A stretch of 64,000 bases of DNA from Raillietiella orientalis (taxonomy: Eukaryota): positions 1,364,001 through 1,428,000 of the forward strand of contig JAYWIR010000003.1 in NCBI GenBank assembly GCA_036172245.1, written 5' to 3'. The notes below the pieces were generated by a model. The model was given only the letters and a program-made list of their open reading frames with translations. It searched no databases and was not told where the DNA came from. Position 1 is the first letter of the stretch; the number at the start of each line of letters is the position of its first letter. The position numbers were made by a program, and so were the translations under genes. Of the stretch, positions 47,846-59,800 are shown piece after piece.

Positions 47846-48681
47846 CTGTCTCTCTCCCGAGTTAGCCACGGAACCGTTCGGCTGCGTGGGATCACCACGG
47901 CGTTGTCCCCATATAGTCTGGAATGCCCGGTCGCGCGTGAACACGTTTACGCCTCACAAATTCTGGACCGGTGCAGCGGATACCACAGCGGGCGTTCTTG
48001 AAAGCCAAGCTCCTTGAGCTGCCGGTCTTCCATCACTTCATCTTCCGAGTTCCAGCGCAGCTCTTCTCCCGCGAGTCGGAATGCAAGGAGACGGAACGCA
48101 AGGGAGGCGCTTGCAGCAGGATCATAGGCAAGCTCTTGGACAGGAGTTGATGTGCCAGGAATCGGCGCTTTATGGGAAAAAGAAAAGCCAAGGTTGATCG
48201 GAAAGTCAGGAACGGAGCGACAGTGTCGAGCGCAGCCGAAGCACTTCTTGAAGCACCAGCACTCGTTTGGGGTGGGATTCTGGCCCTGCAGGCGATCCTG
48301 TACGACGCAGGATCCTCTCCGGGAAGAGGTGCACGTCTTCGATGATCGGATACAGGCAAACAGTGAGAGTGGGTAGACTCCGGATTGGCGACGGGGGGGA
48401 GGGGGCAGGGAGGAGTTTTCCACCCGCGCCAAGCGCTTCGTGACCTCAGAATGCTTCCAGCAAGATACCTGGTGGAAGCTGCGCCCACGGACGCGAGACC
48501 GCACGCAGGTCGTGCTGTCCGAGAAAACTGCCTCCTGCTTTGCTGGAAGAGGATACGATTCAGTCTCCACCGCCCGCCGGAAAATCACCTCAGGGTTCTC
48601 CAGCTGTCCCTCACGCGATCGTTCAAGACGAGATCCCCGAGCATCCGTGAAAGAGGGTGAATACAAGTGCTTCTATCAATA

Positions 48682-49040
48682 CAGTGCTACCCCGGCACTC
48701 GTCGGAGACTCGTTCCGGGACTCGTGACGAGTGCCGAAACGACGAGTACCGAACGAGTTTTAGGCTTGGTGGTATCATTGTGAACCATTTCAGGACCCAT
48801 GATTAACGCTTATAATGCGCAGAAATCACAAAAAAAGGAACGATTCGGGAGGCACTCTATGGAAGTGTTTGACACTGTTCGCGAGCTACGACGAGACTGA
48901 AGCGTTCACTTGTTTCATCATGAGAGTAGGATGTCGAGTTCCGAGCATGCGCCAAGTATCGAGACATTTTTTTCTCGTCAAAATGCGACGAGTGCTGAGT
49001 TTTACGAGTTCCGAAACCATCGGGCATCGAGGTACCTCTG
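48682..49040. mobile_element. pogo/Tigger-like MITE (359 bp)
   Basis: Imperfect TIRs TA|CAGTGCTACCCCG ... CGAGGTACCTCTG|TA, with subterminal ACGAGT(A/G/T)CCGA repeats at both ends and no ORF. Confidence 0.75.
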
Positions 49041-49065
49041 TAGATCCGACGGAGAAGTTCGGATC

Positions 49066-50069
49066 AATTCTCACCCGGATAAACATATTATGGGAACTGT
49101 GGTTGGACCAATGGCCAAGCACGCACAATTTAAGGGAAGCCTGCCGGGTTACCGGTTCGCAGACCATCGCGGTCCACCACGGCAGCAGAGATAGTAGGGG
49201 AAGGGGGGTCAAACAAAAAAGAAAAAAAAGAAAATAAAAGTAAGAATAAATATACTCTGAGGGAAACGAGAAGGGATCACTGTCTGCTGCCGGCAGTTCT
49301 GTCCATCCTGCCGGCAAGGTCTAGTGGATATTGCTGTCCAAGTGTCCAAAGCGTTGCTATCCTATGAAAAGGACGGCGAAGTGGGTGGCATCCCCATCTC
49401 TGGGTCCTCCTCTTGCTTGCTCCGTGCAGCGACGACCCCGCGTAGGCAGCACAGGGCTGCTAACGAGGCCTCTGGACGAAGGGCCTTGCGAACGAAGAGG
49501 GGTTTCAAAGCGTCCCTGGAGTTGCCTCCAAGGGCTCCCAGGGCTGCAGCAAAGCGTTTCCAGAGGGGCCGGAGGGCAACACAGTCCACTAGCAGGTGCG
49601 AACGGATTTATGCTCCCCGCACCTGACGACAGTTCGGGTCCACACACACCTTCGTCCAGTGATGATGGCGGGCGTTGCACGGGAGATCCCAGTGCAGCAC
49701 CAACAGCGCTGACTGCTGCGTCTTAAGGGGGAGGATGCGGGTGTCCATGAGCACCGGAGGTCACTTCAGGTGTTCCGACGGAACATCTTGTAGCTCGTTA
49801 GCCCCAGCGCAAGAGTCCATGGGGCGGTGTACTCGGGGTCTCAGCGTCGGTGAGCTGGCCCGTGGAAGACGGAAGATTCCACACACTTTTTCCGGGATCC
49901 TCCAGGATCTCTAGGAGCGTGAATAGGTTGTTGCGCATGAACAGGAACCGGCGCACCTGTTCCGTGCATTGCTCCTGGACCCTCTCCCACGTGAGAACGG
50001 TTTCCTGTAACCAGGCACCACCCTTCGCGGAGTAGCAGGAGGTTTTCCTTAGGAGGTCTTTCGTCCGCT
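49066..50069 (-). mobile_element. 5'-truncated family-A LINE with 14-bp TSD
   Basis: DCVALRPLWKRFAAAL..AALCCLRGVVAA. 3'UTR stem CTGCCG..CGGCAG (49141-49185). Ends ATCCGGGTGAGAATT. TSD GAGAAGTTCGGATC at 49052-49065 and 50070-50083. Confidence 0.88.
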
Positions 50070-50372
50070 GAGAAGTTCGGATCGTGAGTATGGTCGACTT
50101 GCTTCCCGATCAAAGCAGGGACGGCGCGTTCCTCGAAGATCACCGGACCGGTGTGGCAGGTCGAATCTTGCCATCAGCAGGTGGATGTGGACCATCATCT
50201 CTGCAGTGCCGTGAAAAAGGATGAATTTCAGGAAAAAAAGCGAAACTTGAGATCGCTCCGAACTTTGGAAGCGGCTCGCAGAAATGCTCCTGAGGGAAGA
50301 GGACGTGCTCATCCCATTTTTTTTAATATTTTTTTGTAATAAAGGCCCCTGCGTGACCAAGTGAAAATAAAG

Positions 50373-51060
50373 GATCGACGCCGAGGAATGGGGGACACGT
50401 CGTGGGTGTCGAGTCCCTTCCCACTAATAGGGTGACGCTGGTTGGTCTGGTAGGCTTCGAGTGCTGTATTGGTGGAAGTCGGAAACCTCCGGATGCCCCT
50501 GTTGACTGGGCGGTATTGGGAAGCTGACTATCCAGGGTCCTTCCAGGAATCAAGGAGTCGCGTTTCCTTCGGTGTTCTGCTCCGTTTGTGCAAATGAAAC
50601 CGATCCACCCCCTTTCGAGGAGAGACCCTCCATCTCGCACCATGGAGCTGGTTGGCACCCCTCCAGAGTTTCCTTTCTGTCAAGAAGCACGCTATTCCCT
50701 TCGGGGAGAGGCCCTTCAGAGAAATCCGGAGCTCTCTTCAGAAGAGGATAAAAAGAGCGGATTCTTTCGGGGGATCCCTCCGTAGAAGAAGTGAGTAGTG
50801 CTTCCCCCCCACACTCACTCTGGGCAGTTCCTCCAAAGAGAGGTTGGTTCGCTCCGAGGTCCCTTTTGAAGACAACCAGGGAGGAGGGTTCCCTCCCAAG
50901 CGTGAGAGGAACAGACTTCTTTCCCCGGAGCTTTTCCTGGATTCATGAGGTGGTCCCTCCGGGGTCATCCCTAAATTGAAGTGCCACCCGCACCCTTGGG
51001 TGGCGTGGACAGCGTTGAAAAGCTCCATGGGAGCCCCCCTAGGGAGACGGTCCAATTCTC
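50373..51060 (+). mobile_element. tRNA-headed SINE, copy F (first head missing)
   Basis: Second box-B-like CGTGGGTGTCGAGTCCC (50401), core ~50625-50695, GTGGACAGCGTTGAA (51005). Confidence 0.75.
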
Positions 51061-51189
51061 TCGACTCTCTCAAAACAGATGGAAACGAAAGAGCGAAACG
51101 GGAGAAGACCTTAAAGGATTTCCATCATCTGAATTTTTCCCCACTTGCCTCAGTTCTGCCCTCCCTAGCGGACACAAGGGGCAGCGTGA

Positions 51190-52077
51190 ACCCGGCAAGG
51201 TGGCAAGTGAAGAAGAAACTTCCGGAGGGGTGGACAACTCGGGAAGTGACGGATGCTGAGACCCCGAGTGTCCCACCCCAACGACATGTAAGCTGGGAAA
51301 AGCTACTCGGCACCCTCCGGAGGAGGTGAGATGGCCCCCAGCGTGCTGGAACAGTGACCCCCTTTCTCCCTCAAGCGGCAGGAGTCTGCATTGCTGGTGT
51401 TGCCGGGGGAATCCCGTGCGAAGCACGCCTTCGCCAATGGACACAGGGAGGGAGAGTGGACGCTCAGAGTGCGGCAGACGAGGGAAGAAGGAGACCCTCT
51501 CGCACCTGCTGTTGTACTGTGCTCCCTCCGACGACCCCTTTGGGATCGCCTTGCGACGATCCTAGGATCCCGGCGGGTGGCCCCCAGGGACATTTTCAAA
51601 CGTCTCTTCGTGCGTGGTGCCTCACTGTCGCCGGTCGCGTCCCTCGCAGTCCTCTTCTGCGTTCTCAGAATCGTGGCAGCTTGGAACGCAAGAAGAGGCC
51701 AGAATGGCAGTGACACCATCCACTGGTCGCGGATCTTCCTGAAGACTACCACGAGATGGCTCCAGCTGGGCGCTATATGGACAGAACTTGCCAGCATCCT
51801 GGACAGAGGACTGAGACTGGGACAGAGGATGCAGAGGACGTCTGGCAACGTACCGCTATCCCATCCTCGATCCCCCCTCCCTTTCCCGTATAAAATCTCC
51901 ACTCCTCCGTTTTGTTTGTTCATTTTTCCGTGTGTGTTTCGTTTTCCCTTCCTCCCACTCTGCCAAAGTGGACCTCGCCGGTCTGCGCGCCGCACCCTGG
52001 CAAGTTCATTGCGTGTGTCCGTCTGTCCACACTAATATATTTTTATTGCTCTATGCCCAGGCAGAACCGGGTGAAAA
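51190..52077 (+). mobile_element. 5'-truncated family-A LINE
   Basis: ETLSHLLLYC, RDIFKRLFVRG..VLFCVLRIVAAWN..DTIHW..ELASILDR. 3'UTR hairpin 51979-51992. Terminus CCAGG-cagaa-CCGGG-TGAAAA. Confidence 0.88.
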
Positions 52078-52979
52078 TCATTGCTCTCATCCCGATCTCT
52101 ATGGTTCTCACCCTCTCATCCCGCGCTGGATGCCTCCAACGCGGGCTGAGAGCGGCCGCGCACCTGAGGAGCCGCCTGAAAGAAGGAGCCTTCCTCTCCC
52201 GGGAGACTTCTGACTTCTGGCATCCCCTGTTCTTGTCGGAAGAGTCGCTACCTGGAGACTAAACCGGGAACTCGAGCGCGCCGCAGATCAGATGATGCTC
52301 GAGAGAGAGAGAGAGAGAGAGAGATCTCCGAAATCTCGCGAAACGGCGCGATGCTGCTGAGCGGCGGACCGTCCGGTCAGCATGCGCGTTGCCAGTCCCC
52401 TCGGGGCGATTCCCGGTCAGGCCGCAAGCGCGGCAGTGCTGACCTGCCGTTTGTCGTCCACAACCCCGGAGCGACCCGGTTCAGCTGGTCCATGGGATTC
52501 GTCGGTTCGCACGGCTCGCGGCATCGCGAACTCCCGATGAAGCGGCGTCCCCCGGAAGGAAGCCGGAAATCTGGGCTTCGATTCCTGCGAGGTTTACCAG
52601 CCATCGGTCTCTGGCATATCGAAAGATGGGTGGGGGTGGCAGAGGATGGAGGGTTACTTATATAGAAACGCGCCATCGGCCCTTCGTGGCGGACGGAGAT
52701 GGCCGCCTCGGGCGAGCGCCAGATCACTCTCATCTTCCGTTTTTCCCGCGCCTGGCGCGCTCGAGGCGGGAGGCCACGAGATGATCCAGAAAATTTCACA
52801 TAGGAAAAGGGAACGTCGGACCGAACGGCCGCTACGGGGAGGAGGACGACGACGCGGACTCGCCCGAGTGGATGCAGCTGAAGAGGGTGGAGGTGGAGAT
52901 CAGCTGTCCCTGCCGCCGGATAGGACGCGATTCCGTGCGTACGGGGAGACGTGGTTGCCGGAGGGGAAGTGGAAGCTAA

Positions 52980-53900
52980 GACTACCCGCCCGCCTCATCG
53001 CAAGATTTTATAACAGCCATTCCATCCCGCCGATCAAGGGACTGCCGTGGGCCCTCGGCGTATCACGAAGAGGCGACTCGACAACGCGGTTGCTGGACGA
53101 CGCGGCCGGCGAATAAAAAAAAAAATAAGTAAAATGAAAAAAAAAAAAACAGCGCTCCTGATCTGCCTGCCTCTTACAAGTTCATTAGTTCCTTTTAGTG
53201 ATCGGTCCAGAAACGAAACTCCTCTCTCCCTAATTGATTTTCCCCAGTAATGAAGAGGCGGAAAGCGTCCCTCGAACTGTGCAAACTTCTCCGGAGAGAG
53301 TGCACTGGCGTCGCCCCTTGCTGATGAGCCCCGACGCGACCCTAGACCGAGATCGGAGCCTGGCGAACGCAGCAAGCGGCAGCCCGCTTGGGAAACCCGA
53401 GCAAGAAGTCCTCCGCGCTCCCTTCAACATCCTCGCGAGATCTCGGTGCACCTGGAGCGCGCTCCACCACGGGGGCAGCCACGGGGTGGTCCAGCAAGCA
53501 GCATCCAGGATTTCACATGGCAAAAAGGGAGCATCGGGCGAGGGATTCCGCGGTGATGCCTCGAGCAAGAACTCCTCGGCTCCACGGGTCCCCCGCGCCC
53601 CATCAGCAAAGCGAGAGCAGAAAACGGGAATTGAATGTCGAGGTGGGATCCAGAAATCCCCTCCCCCCTTCTTCCTCCGTGCACTGCAGCAGTCCCGAGG
53701 AGAAATAACATTCGTTCCTGTAAACCATTTCTCAAGGTAAGAACGAAGTTCCTCAACCAGCGAGCGGGAGCAAAGAGGAGACAGAAGAACGATGGTATCG
53801 CAGCTGCGAAGACGCACCACCGCACGCCCTCATAGTGACAGAAGGACATCCGCTCGAAGAGCTCCGAGCCCGCGGAAGACCCTCGTACAACGCGGATTTG
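52980..53900 (-). mobile_element. Degenerate LINE 3' half
   Basis: ELRSYLEKWFTGTNVISPRD..RKKGGGDF resembles the post-RT segment. T-rich 3'UTR at 53112-53149. Confidence 0.4.
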
Positions 53901-55767
53901 CACAACGCGGCGACGAAAAACATAGCGGCAGTTCTCGTGCGGCGTGGTCCATCCGTCCCGCTGCAGCGACGCCGTGGATGAAGCTCCATTCTGTGGGGCT
54001 CTTTCATTTGCGCCCGTTCAACCTCCTTCGAAAAGAATACGGGTCAAACATCTTGGATGCTGTTCCGTTCGAATGTTGGCGAACGAAAGAGCGCAAGAAG
54101 ATGACGATGCATTTCTCAGCCACGGGAGCGATAGAGCTCTCCAGTTCGAGCTCTTTCCATCGATCGATAAAACTCCATGAGCTTCTCTCTTCAATTTCCA
54201 TGACAAACACTTCAAATTCCTCTCTACTTATCTTAAAATGAAATGTTAAGCACTGTGCTGTTATAAGGTTCAAGATACAAATGCCATCCGTGCGTGTCCC
54301 ATGGGGTTCGTATAGAAAGCATTCCTATAACGTGAAACGAACGGGAGACCCATGGACCCTACTCTACATGATAACAGTAATCCGTTCCCCATTACTGTGA
54401 ATTCCACTGAAGTGTTTAAAGCGGGAATCGAGTGTCAGCCTCACTGTGCGGGTGTCCTGTGATTCCTCCCCTTATCAGTCGCAGTACCAATCGGTACCGC
54501 ATGAGGAACACGCGGGGCTTCGGTTGCTACGTAGATTTCGACGAGCAAAGGAGGGAAACGGCTGCGTTCGGGAAAAAGGCGGGACCGAGAACTCCGGAGC
54601 TCTGGGGATCCCAAAGAGCTGAGCCGCTGTGGCAAAGCAACTTGTTGGAATCTCCAAGGCGCCGAAAGATGGGTTGGTCTTTGGCTGAAGAGAGGACCAC
54701 CAAGTTACCTGATTGGAAGAAAGAGGAAGATGCTCTTCGGCGATTTTTTTTTTTTTTTTCTGAGGTGCAAACTGGAGGAGGTCTCCTTGTCATCGGTGGC
54801 TTCAAAGCTAGCCGCATGGCATCCCGTGGTCAGTACCAGCAACTGGTGCAGTGCTACGGCAAACTCTTACTATGGGAGGTCCAAAGGTGTTGGGGCGATC
54901 CTGTGCCAGTAACTGAAGATGGAGAGCGGTCAAGATTCCAAACAATGAGATAGGAAAAAATGGGAATCGCGAATCCCTGCCGTTGTTTCCTTGTTCTCTA
55001 CGAAAAGCATCTCGGGCAGGTTTTGCGGAGATCTTGGCTCTTACGGGGGTTCAGGACCGGATAGAGTTGCAGCTTCGGTGGAGAGATCACGGCGAGTAAA
55101 CTGGGAGTTTCTGGTGCCTGCTTTGGAAGAAGCATCCAAACCATCTGATCTGATATCATCGGTCGAGATTTAATCCTTGACAAAGTCCGATCGCCATTTG
55201 TTGTTGTTGTTTTTCCATCGTGCTTTTCTTGACGAATTGTTGCAAGACGAGACTGAAGAAATCTCGTTCCTCTTACGCTGGAGATGCTGAGCCGACGCAC
55301 CAAAAATTTGATTGAATACTTGCGCCCCCTACATTGACCATTTGTCCATCGCAGCTGCAGAGCAGTCTCTGATCACAGATCAGTTCGTCCCCTCGGTTTT
55401 CCGCCTTTTCTTCTTTCCTCGAACTTGAAGGTGCCATTACCGTGACCCACGACAGGTAATTGGCTTCTCCCTCCCTGCTGCTCGGAAGGGACCCAAAAGA
55501 CGGCTCCCGCCTCATCTTCGAAGAAGAGAGACGGAAAGAAGCCCTGTCGATCCGCGGCAGAAGAAAGCTCAAGTTTGGGTTCCTCAAGTACTCAAGAACC
55601 GATCCTTAGGGCTGACGAACCGATCAAGCAAAGAAGATTCACCGTCCGCAGGGATGAACCTACGCCTTTATTCCGAGAAATTGGCAATAGTACGATGGCT
55701 ATCAGCATGGGAAGAGACTTCTCGAAACAGACTTCTCACTCGAAGGCAACAGGCGATTATCGTGGAC

Positions 55768-55860
55768 CCTTCTTCTTCTTCTACTTCTTCTTCTACCACT
55801 ACTACTTCTTCTACCACTGTTTCTGCTTCCGCTGCTTCCACTTCTACTTTTTTACTTCTA
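55768..55860. repeat. Imperfect (CTT/CTA/CCA)n trinucleotide tract
   Basis: cttcttcttcttctacttcttcttctaccactactacttcttctacc... Confidence 0.8.
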
Positions 55861-55869
55861 TTTCTTTCT

Positions 55870-56512
55870 TTTTGGTTTTCTAAATACTTAAGAACTCAAG
55901 ATCTTCTCGCCTAGGATCTCACGAAGCTCTTTAACGCTGTCCACTCCACCCGAGCGCGCGTGTGGAGGGAAAGCAGTTATAGGGGGTACCGCCCTATGAA
56001 TCCAGGAAGGCTCTGCAGGAAGGAGTCCGTCCCTCTTACGCAGGGGAGGGGACCCTGAAGGAAACCACCTCTTCCTCGTTCTCTCCAGAGGCCTCCCGGA
56101 AAGGATCCGCTCCTGGAATTTCTTCTCCGGAGGGAACCCAAAAGAGGTTCCCTCCTCTGAAGAGAGCTCTGGATGGACGCCCCTGGAGAGAGCAGCGCAC
56201 TTCTTCACACTCTGGAGAATGAACCAGCTCCACGGTACGCAATGCAGGGTCTCTCCACGAAGGAAAGGAACCGCCTCCCCGGAAGGTCAGCTATCGATCT
56301 CGGACGGTCAGCGGCGGCATCCGGGGGTTCCCGGTTTCCACTGGTGGCGCGTCCGAAGCCTGAGGACCAGCCGACACCATCCTGCAGGGGGACTCGGAAC
56401 TCACAACGCACCTCCTATTTCTGTACCTTCAACCCTCCTCCTCGCAGGGATTGGAATCCACAACGCTTAGTGCCGCACGCGGAGACCGCCGCAGCCACAC
56501 TGCCGCCAGCGC
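55870..56512 (-). mobile_element. tRNA-headed SINE, copy G
   Basis: Plus-strand GGGATTGGAATCCAC (~56447), head block GGAGACCGCCGCAGCCAC shared with A and C, core ~56192-56255. Confidence 0.78.
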
Positions 56513-56889
56513 TTCGGAGGTTTGCTGATAGACCGTTGTTCGTTTTCATCATAGGTACAGGTTCGTCCAAAAGTTTTGTGGCTACATTAGGGTCTTGTGG
56601 TGCAAAAGTGTTCGTCCATTTCCACAGTGTATTCGTTCGGTCTGGGGAGGGGTGCTGGAATTCCGACCACAGTGGAGGCAGCTGATTGAGGCTGGATGCC
56701 CAGGCGTGCGCCCGACTGTGCGTCTGCTGGCACCTACCACGCGCCCTGCTTCGGTGCAGGGTCCCCTCGGGTTCCTCGCAGAACTCCATCGCTTCCGGGA
56801 TCCTAGGAACCTCGTGAGTCCTCCGCTAACACTCGTTTCCCCAAGTCCCACAAGGGGTGGGGTGAATTTATTTTCTTTGATCATTTACT

Positions 56890-59800
56890 CTAGGTATTCT
56901 TGCATTCGTCTTCTCCAATCATTGCACTTATGTCTCCTGGGATTATCACTGAGATCCACTACACTTAAGGAACTGTGCTTCGTTTATGCTTAGACGTTGT
57001 CCTCAATCCTTCTCAGGATATGTCGGTAGTTCCAGGCCTGTACTCTTCCACAGTTTCTTATGCCGATCTCCTTCTGGGTAAGCCCTTTCAGGATTTCCAT
57101 TGGAGATTCCATTGGAGATATGGTCTTGATCCTCCACCACCGCACATGGATGGCGGTGATGAAGAGAGCGATGTTCATCCTTACCATGGGATCTAAAAAT
57201 TCCCATGGTCGATGTTGTGGGCAGCCCGATTACCCTTCTGAGGGTGTTCCACTCTTGTTGCATAGTGGGGCAGTGAAGACGTGGAGTCTTGTATTCTTGT
57301 CTCCACATGCTGAGCAGGCCTCATCTTCTCTTGTTCCCGTGAATAGCTTCATGGCTGTCCCGCACAGGATTCCTCCATGATAAAACATCAGGAAGTTATC
57401 CTGTGTGTCCGGTGGCAATTCACTCCTCCGGAGCGTCGTTCCGATCGCCAACAGGTTTATCCTAGCACTCCCGTGGCCATGGGCGTCTTCTTAGAGGCCA
57501 CTGCTGTCTTTGACCTCTTCGACTAGTGGTCGGCATAGGTTTTTCTTTGTTACCCTGGACCACACGAAGTTGTATTTTTTCCACGCTTCGCGAGTCCTGT
57601 GGGTGAATCTTCCAGCTATCCTGTCAATGTATCGGAGTACTTGGGAGTGGTGGAGGTACTCTCCTCGTCTCCATGCTTGAGCTACTTGCAAGGTTACCCT
57701 GGACCGCTCGTGGATCCAGTTCTCCGTATCCGGAGGTACCGGGAGCATTCACGGGATCACCAGGATGGATTCCTCCTGCCAGAGTTCCTTTCTCCCTGGT
57801 ATGATCTTCAGCTGGCGCTTGTGTACCAGCTGTTGCTTTCTTCTCCAGGTTGGGTCGATGGTCCCCCATTTACCCACTCGGACTAGAAGCTCAGTCATCA
57901 GTCCTCTCGAGTTATTTATCAACAACGATTTAGCCCTGTGCGCTGCATACGACCAGTCTTCCCAGTTTTTCGACATGTCCAGGAGTTGTCGCACGTCCAT
58001 GGTATCCGCAGCGTGTGCAAGCGACTTCATCCTGGTACCGCCTTCCTACTTAGGACACATTGGTTTGAGGCGGGATCTCGGTCGATAGCCTCCCCACCTC
58101 TCTTCTGGTGTCTTGATGCATTCTGCAGAAGGCCGCTCTGAAGAGTATCTCTGGAAGGAATACTCCGTTCCAAAGGTTGGCCCTCCGCTTCATGCTAAAG
58201 TCCAAACGGGTATACTTTGCTCCTTCTTGAGCTTTCCCCAAGATTTCCTTCCACAATAGTTGGGACGACGAATTGTCGCCAATGTGGACACCCAAGTACT
58301 TGGTGTTGTCCATTGTTCGGAATCCTTCCTCCATTAGTATGGAGAGATCCAGGATCCCCACGGCAAAAGTTGGCTTCTCTGGGCATTGATTTTCAAGCCC
58401 AATCCTTCTTCCATAAGCTCCAGCACATCCAGAAACGTACGCTGATCTCTCTCCCCTTTCAGGAAGAAGAGAAGATCATCCGCGTAAGCCAGATGGGTGA
58501 GCCATTGATTGCCGACAGTGATTCCAGTCACTTCTCTCGATGAATGAAGAGAGGGCCTCCATGTATATGACGAACAGCATCGGACTGAGAGCGTCTCCTT
58601 GGCGGACTCCTCGTTCCATCCGGATGGCTGCTGTCTCTTCCCCATTAATCTTTATCCGAAAGCGTTGCTCTTCAAGTATCATCTTCACAAAGTTGCTGAA
58701 TTGTTCCAGGAGTCTTTCTAGAATCTTCAGCAGCATCCCATGGTCCATCGTATCGAAAGCTTTCTCCATGTCAGTGAAACCCAGTATCAAGTTCTCGCCG
58801 ATATATCGGCTGAGACCAATGGTAGCCTGGGTACACTTGACATTGTCCGACATGTGGCGTACGGTCACTGAGCATGTCTGGATGGGAGAGATGAGCTGTG
58901 GCATGACCTTGCCTAATCTTTCACCCGGGTAAGCCGGGGTTTTTATTATTAAAAAACATTTTTACAATTAGTAATTGCTGTCGTCTGTATTTGTGTTCCT
59001 GTCAGAACACATTGTTCTTATTTTCTTATGCACTTGTCCTTTCCGACTTGTATGCCGGTAAGGCCTTCTCCACTGGCGAAGGGGATGAGAAAAAGAGGAA
59101 AAAAAAAAATTTTTAACGCTTGGGGGACAATGTTTATGGGGAGGGGAGGGAAGGGAAGGGATCACGGTTCGCCGAGGGGAGGCCTCTGCATCCTGTTCTG
59201 GAACAGGTGCTGGCAGGCACTTCTTCGCATCGCAAATTTTACTTAGCCGGCGCCAACGGGAAGCCTTCTCCATGGAGATGACTGCCCAGTGGATGGCATT
59301 CCGACTACTGCGGCCTCTTATTGACGCGTTCCACTTGTCCAATATTCCCCGTATGCAGCAGAGAACTGCAGCACACGCGGCACCTGGCAGGGAGTTCCTC
59401 ATCAAGAGGCAATAGATAGGTTAGCCCTTGGCTAACCTTGCCTAATAGGTTAGCCCAGATCTTTGCTAACCACTTGGCACCGCTGTCCAGGATTGAGATT
59501 GGCCTCCATTGGGTAACCTTAGTCAGGTCACCTCCTTTCGGTAACAATCTCATCCTGCTCTAGTAGAAGGATGCAGGTAGTCGTCCTTCTTGTTGGATGC
59601 AGAGCGTCAGCTGATGGAACAAACGTCGGTAGGCATGCAAGTACCGCTGATAGTGAGAGATAGGGACACTATCAGGGCGCGCCGCTACATCCTTGCAAAG
59701 TTCCACAAACGTAGCTTTCACTTCTTCAGAGATTTCCTCTTCAAGCATCTTCCGATGGTTTTCACACGTTCGTCGTTCCAGATGTCGCAGAAAAATTCCT

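Larger units (their letters stand above)
47860..50367 (+). mobile_element. Old LINE 3' half split by a MITE and a LINE (pieces ~47860-48681, 49043-49065, 50084-50367)
   Basis: CFQQDTWWKL motif, and terminus AATAAA-ggc-CCCTG-cgtga-CCAAG-TGAAAA (50338-50367). Pieces rejoin across the TA and 14-bp TSDs. Confidence 0.45.

Noticed and set aside
48695..48760. Short ACTCGT/ACGAGT repeats as CRISPR-like array or Helitron end
   Set aside because: No spacer structure; they are subterminal repeats of the TA-flanked MITE.
54004..54273. 89-aa minus-strand ORF with acceptor-like start as host exon
   Set aside because: No recognisable domain or partner exons; cannot be supported without a search.
59305..59553. 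ORF appearing to extend the RT N-terminus with novel sequence
   Set aside because: Chimeric read-through from the family-B RT into the nested family-A insertion.
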